Shown: positions 28,863 to 39,141, counted from the stretch's first letter. The stretch: DNA of 64,000 nt from Thermodesulfobacteriota bacterium (GCA_965216785.1 OZ244197.1:1504001-1568000); one strand, 5' to 3'. A program made the numbers and translations. The notes: generated from the sequence alone by a model not told the origin.

Positions 28863-29054
28863 TTATTAGCACTCCGGTTAAGCTCAGGTAAAGGTACCCA
28901 GAATTAGTGGAATAATCTTACATAGAATAGGGCCATTCGCAAGATTTAAGGAAACGTGAGTACATTAAATATTGATAGAGACAAAATATATGGATAAATT
29001 TAGTAACCATAATTTCATTAGTCAGGTTATATCCTTTTATAAGACGGAGAGGTT

Positions 29055-29534
29055 ATGTTAGGAATTTTCAAAAAAGTTTTTGACGGCTCGAAAAAAGGGA
29101 AATCCGCGCTAAGCGCCGAAGAAAGGGAGCTAAGGCTCAGAACCGCCACCTGCGTATTATTGCTCGAGGCCGCGACAGCAGACCACAACTTTTCTGAGGA
29201 AGAGCAGAAAAAGGTGCTGGATATCCTCAAGGCCAGATACAATATGACGGATGAAGCTGTAGAAGAGCTAATTGAGAAATCGGAGCGGGAAAGGGAGCAT
29301 TCGACTGATCTCTGGTACTTCACGAACCAAATTAACGAGAACATGGACAATGAAGAGAAGTACAAGCTGATGGAGCTCGTGTGGGAAGTGATTTACTCTG
29401 ACGGGACTCTGGATAAGTTTGAAAACTACGTTGCGCACAAGCTTCTGACTATGCTAAACCTCGACCATTCGACGTTCATCGAGCTTAAAATGAAGGTCAA
29501 GAATGAAAGTAATAACCAAAGCCCTGTGAAATAA
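29055..29534 (+). CDS. TerB family protein
   Basis: ATCVLLLEAATAD...EE, WEVIYSDG.LD.FE pattern. Confidence 0.8.
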   Translation: MLGIFKKVFDGSKKGKSALSAEERELRLRTATCVLLLEAATADHNFSEEEQKKVLDILKARYNMTDEAVEELIEKSEREREHSTDLWYFTNQINENMDNEEKYKLMELVWEVIYSDGTLDKFENYVAHKLLTMLNLDHSTFIELKMKVKNESNNQSPVK

Positions 29535-29641
29535 ATAACCTTAGAACGCTCTTAATTTTTAAACGGAGCATGCATTCGCTTCAATCAATAGTAAGAAACA
29601 CCCTTTAATGTATAGGTTTTAACAGGTACATATTTCTTATA

Positions 29642-30982
29642 TTGTCACTCTTGGATAAAATATCTTTCAATCAAGTGCGTACGCCTGAAGATATGGAAAA
29701 TAAAAAGAGAGTAGCCGTTGTCGGAGGCATTAGAACCCCGTTCATAAAAGCGGGCGGGGATTTTAAAGCTCTTTCTTCGCTTGATTTAGGAAAAATACCG
29801 GCAAAAGAATTAATTAACCGCACTGAGATCGACCCGGGGGAAATAGACCAAGTCGTATTCGGAACCGTAATCCCAACCATTAAGACCTCAAACCTGGCAA
29901 GAGAGATTGCTCTTGGCTCGGGTGTGCCTGCGAGTGTGCCTGCGTTTACAGTAACGAGCGCGTGCGCATCTGCAAACCAGGCGTTTACCTCGGGAGTGGA
30001 CAGCATATTATCAGGTAATTCGGACGTTGTGCTCGCAGGCGGAGTAGAATCGATATCCGATTTTCCGGTGCTCTTTTCAAAGAAGTTTCGGGATTCATTT
30101 TTCGCCTCGTCAAAGGGCAGTAATATCTTTCAGAAAACAAAACCGTTTTTAAAGATGGGCGTAAGCGATATCGCCCCTGATGTGCCCTCTATCTCAGAGC
30201 GTTCGACCGGGCTTACTATGGGAGAAAGCGCTGAAAAAATGGCTATGATACACCGGATCAGCCGTGAGGACCAGGACCGCTTTGCGCTAAGAAGCCACGG
30301 GCTTTGTTCCCAGGCAGCAACTGAAGGGGTGTTTGACGAGGAGATTGTACACACATTCATACCGCCCGATTACGCAAAAGTCCTCACGGCCGATAACAAC
30401 GTGAGAGAAGGCCTTGAGATTCAAACGCTCTCTGAGCTCGAGCCTGTTTTTGACTCGCAGTACGGCACTATTACCGCGGGGAACTCCGCTTCTCTCGCGG
30501 ACGGCGGGGCTGCAATACTTTTAATGTCCGAAGAAAAAGCAAAAGCCTTAGGTTATAAGCCTATGGGCTATGTGCGCTCGTACGCTTACGGGGCGGTCGA
30601 CCCGGGGGACGAGCTCCTCATGGGCACTGCATACTCGACGCCAAGGGCGCTTGAGCGCGCAGATCTGACGCTCGGGGAGATAGATCTTGTAGAAATGCAT
30701 GAATCATTTTCCGCGCAGGTTCTTTCTAACCTAAATGCGTTTGCGTCCAAGAAGTTTGCACGGGAGAAACTGGGTAGGAGCCAGGCTATAGGCGAGCTGG
30801 ATATCAACAAGCTGAACGTTTCCGGGGGCTCAATCGCCATCGGCCATCCGTTCGGGGCTACAGGGGGGAGGCTCATCATTACGCTTCTTCACCGTATGGC
30901 AAAGAGGAGCGCTAACTTCGGGCTTGTCACTCTATCGGCGGCGGGAGGGATCGGCGTTTCGATTGTATTCGAAAAAGAGTAG
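29642..30982 (+). CDS. fadI: FadI-like thiolase (second catalytic Cys replaced by Ser)
   Basis: RTPF, SACAS, MGESAE, TAGNS, HESF, GHPFGATG, but C-terminal LSAAGG; alternative start ATG 29693. Confidence 0.85.
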   Translation: MSLLDKISFNQVRTPEDMENKKRVAVVGGIRTPFIKAGGDFKALSSLDLGKIPAKELINRTEIDPGEIDQVVFGTVIPTIKTSNLAREIALGSGVPASVPAFTVTSACASANQAFTSGVDSILSGNSDVVLAGGVESISDFPVLFSKKFRDSFFASSKGSNIFQKTKPFLKMGVSDIAPDVPSISERSTGLTMGESAEKMAMIHRISREDQDRFALRSHGLCSQAATEGVFDEEIVHTFIPPDYAKVLTADNNVREGLEIQTLSELEPVFDSQYGTITAGNSASLADGGAAILLMSEEKAKALGYKPMGYVRSYAYGAVDPGDELLMGTAYSTPRALERADLTLGEIDLVEMHESFSAQVLSNLNAFASKKFAREKLGRSQAIGELDINKLNVSGGSIAIGHPFGATGGRLIITLLHRMAKRSANFGLVTLSAAGGIGVSIVFEKE

Positions 30983-31005
30983 TTTTAGCAAAGGCTCAGG
31001 TAAAA

Positions 31006-33162
31006 ATGAACAGCATAAATATTGAACCGTTAAAATCGGGAGTCTCGATCCTCAAAATCAACACACCGGAAAGTGACGAAAACTTTCTTTCCTGGGACTG
31101 TATAGAGAAGCTCGAGGAGTTCCTGGATACCATTGAAAGGCAGCTGGACATGGTTGAGAGTGACGATGAGATTAAGGCCGTGATACTGCTTAGCGGAAAA
31201 GAGGGGAGCTTTATAAGCGGGCCTTTGTTCAGCGAGTATTTGAATTTTACTTTAGCTGACGAGGGAAGGACCTACTGCCTGAGACTACAGGACCTGTGCG
31301 ACAAGATAGAGAATTCGAGGACGCCGTTCGTTGCAGCAATTAACGGCAAATGCCAGGGTATAGGGCTTGAGCTTGCGCTTGCCTGTAACTTTAGGATCGC
31401 GTCCGGGACAAATAGAACACTCCTTTCCATGAACCAGATTGACTACGGGCTAATCCCTTCAGCGGGAGGTATTCAGAGGCTCGCTAGGATATTAGGGACA
31501 AAGCAGGCTCTGGATTTGATTCTCTCGGGTGAGCAGGTTGACGCCGATGATTCTATGGACACGGGTCTTGTGGACGAGCTTGTGCCCGAGGAGCTGCTGC
31601 TCAGGATTTCCGAGGCCCGGGCAATTGAGCTTATTACAAAACAATCGCATCAAAAGAGGTTCAGCTTAAAGGGGATACCCGGCACGTTAATAAATGAAAA
31701 CCCTGTTGCGAGAAAGATGCTTTTTAAAAAGATCAGAGGCGAGATCAGAGTAGAGAAAGAACAGAGTAAGAACGCTCAAATGATGGCTATTGAGGCGCTT
31801 GAGATAGGTATAAACAGCAGCAGCAGAGGGCTTCACGCCGAGTCCGTTTATTTCGGAGAGCTTGTTGTGACCGGGTATGCGAGACAGCTCATAAAAACAG
31901 AGATTTCGATTCAGGATGTAAGGAAAAGCGATCTGAACACGAAAAGTGGCAGCGAGACTACGGATAGTCTGGAGAAAGCTGCCGTGATTGGGGAATCCGC
32001 TGGGGCTACAAGCATGGCCTCGCTACTTGCTGATAAGGGAACGGCGGTGAGGCTCCGGTGCACAGACGATCTGGCTTGCGGGCGCGTATTAAAAGGATGC
32101 CGTGATTACTTCACGGAAAAATATGAAGAGTATGCGCAAAAGGACATGATACTTGAGAAGAAGCTCGATCTAATTAGCCCGTCCTCTGAGTATACGGGGT
32201 TTAAGAGGGCCCGTTTTATCGTTGAAGCGGAGTCAGAGGACCTTGAGACTAAAAAGAAAGTATTGAGTGAAGCGGAGTCCGTAAGCGTAAGTGACGCCGT
32301 GTACCTTACCTGCTCGTTTGCTCTCCCCGTTTCCCGCATCGCTCAGGACTGCCGGAGGCCCGATAAGGCTGTCGGCATGAATGCGCTCGGACTGTTAAAT
32401 GAGACGGAGCTCCTTGAGATTTCGGCTTCTGAGCGAACGTCAAAGGAAACGGTAGCTGAAATAGTGGGTATCGTAAGACGCCTTGGTAAGACCCCCTTGG
32501 TTGTTAAGGACGGGGCCGGGTTCTATACCTCCAGGGTATGGCTCTCGTACTTGAATGAGTCCCTCCACCTTCTTAGCGAAGGAGTGCTGTTTGACGATAT
32601 TGAGGAAGCTATGACCGGGTTTGGTTTTGAGGACGGACCGCTGAGCGCAATAGACGAGGCCGGGTTCACACTTGTGCGGGACGGGTTGAATATACTATTT
32701 GAGCAATACGGCGAAAGGTTAAAGCCCCATCCTTATCTAGATATTATGATTGACGACGGCAGGCTGGGCGCCGCCTCTGAAAGAGGATTCTACAAATATA
32801 TTAAGGATGAAAAGCGGTTTGATAAATCAATCTATAAGCTTCTTTCTATTAATGAGCGGGATATCGAGGGCGTGTCTCTTGATTATATACAGGAGAGGCT
32901 TTTACTTTCAATGGTCAACGAGTCTCTAATATGTCTGGAGCAAGGGGTTCTGCCCGGAGCAAAGGAGGCGGACGTCGCCTGTGTGCTGGGGCTCGGATTC
33001 CCGCGCTACAGAGGGGGTCCCTTCAGGTATGTTGATGCGGACGGAGCCGCCGAGACGCTTAAGAAGCTTCATAATCTGAGTGTAAAATACGGCGCCCGCT
33101 ATACCCCGCCGCCTCTTCTAAAGGATATCGCGGTAGGGCCGAATAGGTTCTATGAGGACTGA
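31006..33162 (+). CDS. fadJ: FadJ-like fatty-acid oxidation complex alpha subunit, catalytically degenerate
   Basis: crotonase domain (AAING.C.G.GLELALAC) plus HAD-like domain (VEA..EDL, KTPLVVKD, GLGFP...GGPF); key residues substituted. Confidence 0.8.
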   Translation: MNSINIEPLKSGVSILKINTPESDENFLSWDCIEKLEEFLDTIERQLDMVESDDEIKAVILLSGKEGSFISGPLFSEYLNFTLADEGRTYCLRLQDLCDKIENSRTPFVAAINGKCQGIGLELALACNFRIASGTNRTLLSMNQIDYGLIPSAGGIQRLARILGTKQALDLILSGEQVDADDSMDTGLVDELVPEELLLRISEARAIELITKQSHQKRFSLKGIPGTLINENPVARKMLFKKIRGEIRVEKEQSKNAQMMAIEALEIGINSSSRGLHAESVYFGELVVTGYARQLIKTEISIQDVRKSDLNTKSGSETTDSLEKAAVIGESAGATSMASLLADKGTAVRLRCTDDLACGRVLKGCRDYFTEKYEEYAQKDMILEKKLDLISPSSEYTGFKRARFIVEAESEDLETKKKVLSEAESVSVSDAVYLTCSFALPVSRIAQDCRRPDKAVGMNALGLLNETELLEISASERTSKETVAEIVGIVRRLGKTPLVVKDGAGFYTSRVWLSYLNESLHLLSEGVLFDDIEEAMTGFGFEDGPLSAIDEAGFTLVRDGLNILFEQYGERLKPHPYLDIMIDDGRLGAASERGFYKYIKDEKRFDKSIYKLLSINERDIEGVSLDYIQERLLLSMVNESLICLEQGVLPGAKEADVACVLGLGFPRYRGGPFRYVDADGAAETLKKLHNLSVKYGARYTPPPLLKDIAVGPNRFYED

Positions 33163-33242
33163 TTTTGTAGTTTGGGGCATAGAGTAATGTGTATATTTGA
33201 AATGAGTAGTTATAATTTATAAAAATTTCCTCCGGGTGCAGG

Positions 33243-34121
33243 ATGACATCGAAATCTAAATCCAGAACAAACGTAGAACCAAAGAGAAAAATATCCTATA
33301 TAAAACCTTTGATTATAGCGCTTTCGCTAGTGGGACTAATACTGTCCGCCTACCTGACATACCTCCATTATACTGAAGGTCAGGCGGCTTTCTGCTCGGA
33401 AGGCTCAGCGTGTGATGAGGTAAGACAGAGCGATTTTTCCACTATCCTCGGCATACCAGTAGCCCTCTTTGGCATGCTGGGCTACGGTGTGATAATTGTC
33501 CTTAGTCTTGCTTCTATCTCTAAAAAGAGAAGGTGGCTTTTGCTTTACATCTTTTCTCTCGGCGGAGTTACGTTTTCTGCTTATCTAACCTATGTTGAGC
33601 TATTTGTCATTGAGGCGATATGCAAGTACTGCGTTATTTCGGCGTTAATAATGACAGCTATATTCTTAATTGTCCTTTTCGGAAAGCATCAGTATTATCC
33701 TAAATTCTCAGGGGTTAAAACCACCCTGCTTGGGCTGTGTGTAGTTTTGGTCGTGCTCGTAGGCGCCTTCTCGTTTCAGTACGAGCAGCTGTCACAGGCA
33801 AAGCTTCCCAGCTATGAAATAACCCCTGCCGACAGCTACACAGTTAGCCTGGCAAAATATATGGGCTCTAGGGGAGCCACAATGTACGGCTCTTTTAAAT
33901 GCCCTCACTGTAACGATCAGAAAAAGATGTTCGGAAGCGCGTTTAAGTACATAAATTATGTCGAATGTCACCCACAGGGCCCCGAGGCTAACCCTTCGCT
34001 GTGCTTTGCGAGGGGAGTGCAAAATTTCCCCACCTGGGAGATAAACGGCCAATACTATCAGGGAGCTATGTCACTTGAAAGGCTGTCCGATCTGTCCGGG
34101 TTTGAGAAGACCGGGCAGTAA
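33243..34121 (+). CDS. VKOR-thioredoxin-like fusion disulfide-bond formation protein
   Basis: VKOR loop cysteines (FC...AC), CKYC, then Trx-like CPHC, VECH...C, FPTWEING. Confidence 0.9.
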   Translation: MTSKSKSRTNVEPKRKISYIKPLIIALSLVGLILSAYLTYLHYTEGQAAFCSEGSACDEVRQSDFSTILGIPVALFGMLGYGVIIVLSLASISKKRRWLLLYIFSLGGVTFSAYLTYVELFVIEAICKYCVISALIMTAIFLIVLFGKHQYYPKFSGVKTTLLGLCVVLVVLVGAFSFQYEQLSQAKLPSYEITPADSYTVSLAKYMGSRGATMYGSFKCPHCNDQKKMFGSAFKYINYVECHPQGPEANPSLCFARGVQNFPTWEINGQYYQGAMSLERLSDLSGFEKTGQ

Positions 34122-34327
34122 AGTGGCTGTGTCCGTCATGTAATTCATACGCTAAGCCCAATCTGCCGGATGACTGCGAGTCTCCCTTGGTATACGCTTA
34201 AAGCACAGCTTTAAACACCTTCTTTATTTCCCTTTAGATTTTATAGTTTTTGCGAAATTATGATTTACATGCTCTGCTCTATGCATTATATTATAAGTGT
34301 CGGAAAAACTTTATAATATCAAAGGTG

Positions 34328-34627
34328 ATGGTAATGACACAGCCTAATATAGATAAAGATATAGAGAGCCTTAAGGACAATGTGGCCAATCTTCGCGCTG
34401 ATCTTGCTCAAATTACTCAGACGTTGTTAGATAAGGGGAAGAGCGAGACAGAGGTTGCGAAGGATAGGCTTATCGAAGAGCTCAAGTTCGAGCTCGACGC
34501 GGCCAAGGCCAAGGGCAAAGAGACTGTTGAGAGCGTTGAGAGCCAGATTCAGGAAAAGCCTTTTCTGAGTCTCCTCATAGCGTTTATTGTAGGTCTTGTT
34601 CTTGGAAAATTGTTTGACCGCAGGTAA
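34328..34627 (+). CDS. DUF883/ElaB/YqjD family tail-anchored membrane protein
   Basis: coiled N-terminus, IQEKPFLSLLIAFIVGLVLG...RR; ATG 34328 or 34334 preferred over TTG 34250. Confidence 0.8.
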   Translation: MVMTQPNIDKDIESLKDNVANLRADLAQITQTLLDKGKSETEVAKDRLIEELKFELDAAKAKGKETVESVESQIQEKPFLSLLIAFIVGLVLGKLFDRR

Positions 34628-34632
34628 GCCAG

Positions 34633-35103
34633 ATGAATATCCTCAGGGTACTATCACTCTTATTCAAATCCGAAGCGGGTGCCGCAAAAGCGGCTATGAG
34701 CCGGTTAATTGTATTCCTTATCTTATTTATGGTCGCGCTCGTAATAGCGGTTATGGGGCTTGGCTTTTTGCTATGGTCCTCATATCTGTATTTGTCTACC
34801 GTAATGTCTCCTTTCCTCGCTGCTCTCGCTACCGGAGGGGGAGCGATACTTCTTGGTGTGATAATAGTATTGGCGGCGGCTCTTATTACCGGCAGTAGTA
34901 AAAAAAGCAAAAAGGACAGGGCCCATAAAGAGTTCTTTAGCTCAGACGATCTGGGCAGCGCTTCAGAGTTTATTAGCGAGCACCCCCTGGAGTCAGGTCT
35001 AACCGCAGCGATGCTCGGGTTTATCGCGGGCTCCTCTCCCGATACGCGCCGCACGATTACGGAGCTTTTGATCGATTATAGACAAAACCAAAGAATGAAC
35101 TGA
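34633..35103 (+). CDS. YqjE/phage-holin-like two-TM membrane protein
   Basis: two TM helices plus C-terminal EHPL.S.L.A..LGF segment; follows the DUF883 gene as in yqjDE. Confidence 0.65.
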   Translation: MNILRVLSLLFKSEAGAAKAAMSRLIVFLILFMVALVIAVMGLGFLLWSSYLYLSTVMSPFLAALATGGGAILLGVIIVLAAALITGSSKKSKKDRAHKEFFSSDDLGSASEFISEHPLESGLTAAMLGFIAGSSPDTRRTITELLIDYRQNQRMN

Positions 35104-35104
35104 T

Positions 35105-35806
35105 TTACTCACCAGCTTTCTTCGTAGACTCTTTTATAAACCTTGCGAACATTGATCTTGATATTTCCGTATCTTCAAGCTCGGGGTGCCACTGCACTCC
35201 CAGTATGAAAGGGGCGTCTTGCGCTTCGATGCCCTCTACTATCCCGTCAGAGGTGAGAGCGTTTACTCTCAATCCGCCCCCGACTTTATTTACTGACTGG
35301 TGGTGGTAGCTTTTTACTAAGAAGTTTTCTCCTCTCGAGATCTCGTAAAGTATCGTGCTCTCCATAACCTCTATTTCGTGTAAGGCGCCTTTTTCGTGAG
35401 GGATTGCTTCGGGGACATATTCGTAAATATCCTGGTGCAGGGATCCTCCATAGAATACATTTAGCAGCTGCATACCGCCGCAGATGCCGAGCACGGGCTT
35501 TTGATCTTCTATCGCTTGCTCCAGAACCCTGAACTCGGTCTCGGTCCTCTCGATGCTCATGGGTCTAAGCTTTGGGTGCGGCTCTTCGTTATAAAACTTA
35601 GGGTCCATATCGCGCGAGCCCGGGAGCAGGAGGCCATCTACAGCGGCCATGGTCTCAATTATAAGCTCGTCGTTTCCGGTTACAGAGGGGACGAGTACGG
35701 GTGTGCCGCCGCCGCATATCACAGCGTGTGCGTATTTCTCTTCTATGACGAAATGCCCGTCTTTTAGGTCTGTAGTAATTGCGATAACAGGCTTGTTTTC
35801 TGGCAT
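35105..35806 (-). CDS. gamma-glutamyl-gamma-aminobutyrate hydrolase family (peptidase C26)
   Basis: GLLLPG..D, LGICGGMQ, SYHHQ, GVQWHPE. Confidence 0.9.
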   Translation of the reverse strand: MPENKPVIAITTDLKDGHFVIEEKYAHAVICGGGTPVLVPSVTGNDELIIETMAAVDGLLLPGSRDMDPKFYNEEPHPKLRPMSIERTETEFRVLEQAIEDQKPVLGICGGMQLLNVFYGGSLHQDIYEYVPEAIPHEKGALHEIEVMESTILYEISRGENFLVKSYHHQSVNKVGGGLRVNALTSDGIVEGIEAQDAPFILGVQWHPELEDTEISRSMFARFIKESTKKAGE

Positions 35807-36039
35807 GGGACTTTCTTTTAAACAGTGTCGTTAGAGCTAAAGATAAGTGCCGGGTAAAAGAAATGCAAGCCCGCTGTGATTTTTACAGTATATGATTGTC
35901 GTTTATAATCTACTTCCGGAAAGCCCGGACAAAACGGATCGGAATTCATTACATACGGCAGCTTGAGAGCGTTTTGTGATAACGCTATTTATAGCCTTGT
36001 CTATAGAGCTAATACCACATGTCGGAGATTTAAGACCGG

Positions 36040-37932
36040 ATGAACGATTTAGATGAATATAGCCGCCAGCTCTTAAGGGACTTAAGGGCGCTTGAGACAA
36101 TGATTGATTCCGGAATGATCGAATCCGGAGTGAAGCGGATAGGGGCTGAGCAGGAGCTCTACATTGTCGACCGCACCCTGAGACCCAAAGCTCTGGTTGA
36201 AGAAGTTCTTAAGAGACTCGATGATCCTCACTTTACGATTGAGATCGCCAAATTCAATATTGAAATAAATCTAGACCCTCTTTTGTTTAAAGGGGACTGC
36301 CTCACGGGTCTCAAACGACAGACTGAGAATCTGATATCCAAATTAAACAGTGTGCTAAGTGCCATGGGGCTCGATACCGTGATGGCGGGCATACTGCCCA
36401 CGATAAGAAAATCTGATCTTGAGGCTGAAAACCTTACCGCCGGCGAGCGTTACATGGAGCTGTGCAGGAATCTGAATACAGAGCGTCGGTCACCGTTTGA
36501 GTTCAGGATCAGGGGTACGGACGAGCTTATAGAGAGTCACGACACGCCCATGTTTGAGAGCTGTAATACAAGTTTTCAGGTACATCTTCAAGTAAGTCCC
36601 GATGAGGCTGTCGGTCTCTACAATCTGGCTCAGGCCATCTCGGCGCCCGTGCTGGCTTGCGCTGTCAACTCACCCATACTTCTTGGAAAACGGCTCTGGA
36701 ACGAGACCAGGATCGCGCTCTTTCAGCAGGCCGTAGACACCCGCGTAAGCTCTCACACGATGAGACAGAAAAGCGCCAGAGTCACTTTTGGAAAGGGGTG
36801 GGTCAGGGACTCGGTGCTTGAGATTTACCATGACAATATCGCCAGGTTCAGCGTCATCCTGGGACCGGAAATAAATGAGGATTCGCTTTCAGTGCTGGAG
36901 AGCGGCAATGTCCCGAAGCTCAGCGCGTTACAGCTTTTCAACACTACGGTGTGGAGGTGGAACAGGATTTGTTTCGGGACTACGGACGCTAAACCACACC
37001 TTAGGATAGAAAACCGCATACTTCCCTCAGGCCCTACTGTCAGGGACGAGATAGCGAACGCAGCTTTTTGGCTCGGACTCATGAACGGGATGCCGGAAGT
37101 GTATCCGGATGTTACAAGAATTATGGATTTTGACGACGCTAAGGATAATTTTGTCAGAGCAGCCAGAATCGGTCTTGACAGCAAGCTAAAATGGATGAAA
37201 GGCGCAGTATTTTCAGCGGATGAGATTATTCTGAACGAACTGTTGCCAATATCTAAATTGGGGCTAAGCAATGCTGGTATAATAGACGAAGATGCCGATC
37301 GTTATCTGGGTATCATTGAGGAGCGTGTACGTAGCGGGAAAACAGGAGCCAAGTGGATACTTGGTTCTTTCTCGGCTCTGCGTAAAGAGGTGAAAGACCC
37401 TGAAGCGCTGCTGGCAGTCACGGCGGGAATGATGAAGAGGCAGAAAAAGGGAGATCCTGTTCATATGTGGGAAAAAGCTAGGCTTGAAGAAGGCGGGAGC
37501 TGGTTTGAGAGGTGCGAGTATGTCGAGCAGGTAATGACGACTGATCTGTTTGTTGTACGTGAGGACGATCTAATAGACCTTGCTGCCGGTATTATGAGCT
37601 GGAAACACATTAGACACGTACCGGTAGAAAACAATGAAGGCAGATTCAGAGGTCTCCTTACTTCAGGAGCCGTGCTCAGTTTTTATGGGTCAAAGCTCGG
37701 TGAAGACCCCGGGCCAGTCCGGGTGAAGGATATTATGATTAGGGAGCCCCTGATTGTCTCGCCTGAGACGAAAACACTCGATGCGGTAAAACTAATGTTT
37801 GAGCACAAAGTAGGCTGCCTGCCGGTGCTCAAGGGCGGCCGGCTGGTGGGTATAGTCACAGAGCACGACTTTATGAACCTATCAGCGTTTCTTCTAAAGC
37901 ATCATGTAGACCATAACTCTGACACGGATTGA
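36040..37932 (+). CDS. glutamate-cysteine ligase family 2 (GCS2) with C-terminal CBS pair
   Basis: IGAEQE, E.AKFNIE, ESCNTSFQVHLQ, NSP, ETRIALFQQ, HLRIENR.LPSGPT; tandem CBS domains. Confidence 0.85.
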   Translation: MNDLDEYSRQLLRDLRALETMIDSGMIESGVKRIGAEQELYIVDRTLRPKALVEEVLKRLDDPHFTIEIAKFNIEINLDPLLFKGDCLTGLKRQTENLISKLNSVLSAMGLDTVMAGILPTIRKSDLEAENLTAGERYMELCRNLNTERRSPFEFRIRGTDELIESHDTPMFESCNTSFQVHLQVSPDEAVGLYNLAQAISAPVLACAVNSPILLGKRLWNETRIALFQQAVDTRVSSHTMRQKSARVTFGKGWVRDSVLEIYHDNIARFSVILGPEINEDSLSVLESGNVPKLSALQLFNTTVWRWNRICFGTTDAKPHLRIENRILPSGPTVRDEIANAAFWLGLMNGMPEVYPDVTRIMDFDDAKDNFVRAARIGLDSKLKWMKGAVFSADEIILNELLPISKLGLSNAGIIDEDADRYLGIIEERVRSGKTGAKWILGSFSALRKEVKDPEALLAVTAGMMKRQKKGDPVHMWEKARLEEGGSWFERCEYVEQVMTTDLFVVREDDLIDLAAGIMSWKHIRHVPVENNEGRFRGLLTSGAVLSFYGSKLGEDPGPVRVKDIMIREPLIVSPETKTLDAVKLMFEHKVGCLPVLKGGRLVGIVTEHDFMNLSAFLLKHHVDHNSDTD

Positions 37933-37941
37933 AAGAGCGAA

Positions 37942-39141
37942 TTGAGCGAAGTTAATCTGAAAAAGCGAATAATCGGAAGATACGGGGGAGAGACGCAGGG
38001 TCCTACAATAGTTTGTATCGGAGGCCTTCATGGTAATGAGCCAGCGGGCGTGCGAGCGCTCGAATATGTGCTTGACCGGCTCGAAAAAACAGGCGCGCCG
38101 TTCAAAGGGCAATTGATAGGAATAGCGGGTAATCTGAGTGCTCTGGAAAAGGGCGTCCGGTATATCGACCAAGACCTCAACAGAATATGGCGGCCCGCGG
38201 ATGTGGACAAGCTCTTGTCGGGCGGAAACAACTTACCTGTGGAAGATGCTGAAGAGGCTGAGAGAAAAGAGTTAATCGATGTTTTTTATGAGTACTGCTC
38301 TAATAAGGAGTCCCCTATTTATTTCCTTGATTTACACACGACTTCCTCGGACGGGAGCCCGTTTATAACCATTGCGGACACGCTTAGAAACAGGGCTTTT
38401 GCCCTGAATTTTCCGGTCCCTATAATTTTGGGTATTGAAGAGCGTCTCGACAGCACACTTCTTAACTACATAAACGAACATGGATATATTGCTATAGGTT
38501 TTGAAGCGGGCCGTCACGACGAGCCTTCTTCGGTACACCACTGCGCGGCAGCGATATGGATAACCCTTGTCAACGCCGGATGTCTTGACGTGAGAGACGT
38601 TTATGAGCTTGACGAAAGCCTCTCCAGATTAAAGAGCGCCGCAAGCGACTTGGGCGGGTTCTATGAAGTACGTTACCGTCACGGAATTGAGAACGACACA
38701 GATTTTAGGATGGAGCCTGGATTTAAAAATTTTGAAAAAATCCGCAGAGGCGATCTGCTGGCCAAAAGCGGCGCGAGGGAGATTAAGTCCAATGAGAACG
38801 GAAGGATCTTCATGCCTCTGTATCAGAAGCAAGGGGATGACGGTTTTTTCATATTAAAGAGAATCAACCCGCTCTGGCTAAGGTTGTCATCTTATCTCAG
38901 AAGACTCCATGCAGGAGCGGTGCTTCCACTACTGCCGGGAGTACAAGGCGAGGATGGGAAATACGAAACGCTCGTGATTAATAATAAAATAGCCAGATGG
39001 TATGTGATTGAGTTTCTGCACCTCCTGGGTTACAGGAGAAAGACCCGTGAGAGCGGGAATCTGATAGTAAGAAAAAGGGCTTATGATATAAAAAGCCCCC
39101 GGGATTACAGACTCTCGAACAAGACTCTTAATATAAAATAG
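37942..39141 (+). CDS. succinylglutamate desuccinylase/aspartoacylase family (M14-like)
   Basis: GGLHGNE, DLNR, DLHTTS, FEAG.H. Confidence 0.88.
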   Translation: MSEVNLKKRIIGRYGGETQGPTIVCIGGLHGNEPAGVRALEYVLDRLEKTGAPFKGQLIGIAGNLSALEKGVRYIDQDLNRIWRPADVDKLLSGGNNLPVEDAEEAERKELIDVFYEYCSNKESPIYFLDLHTTSSDGSPFITIADTLRNRAFALNFPVPIILGIEERLDSTLLNYINEHGYIAIGFEAGRHDEPSSVHHCAAAIWITLVNAGCLDVRDVYELDESLSRLKSAASDLGGFYEVRYRHGIENDTDFRMEPGFKNFEKIRRGDLLAKSGAREIKSNENGRIFMPLYQKQGDDGFFILKRINPLWLRLSSYLRRLHAGAVLPLLPGVQGEDGKYETLVINNKIARWYVIEFLHLLGYRRKTRESGNLIVRKRAYDIKSPRDYRLSNKTLNIK

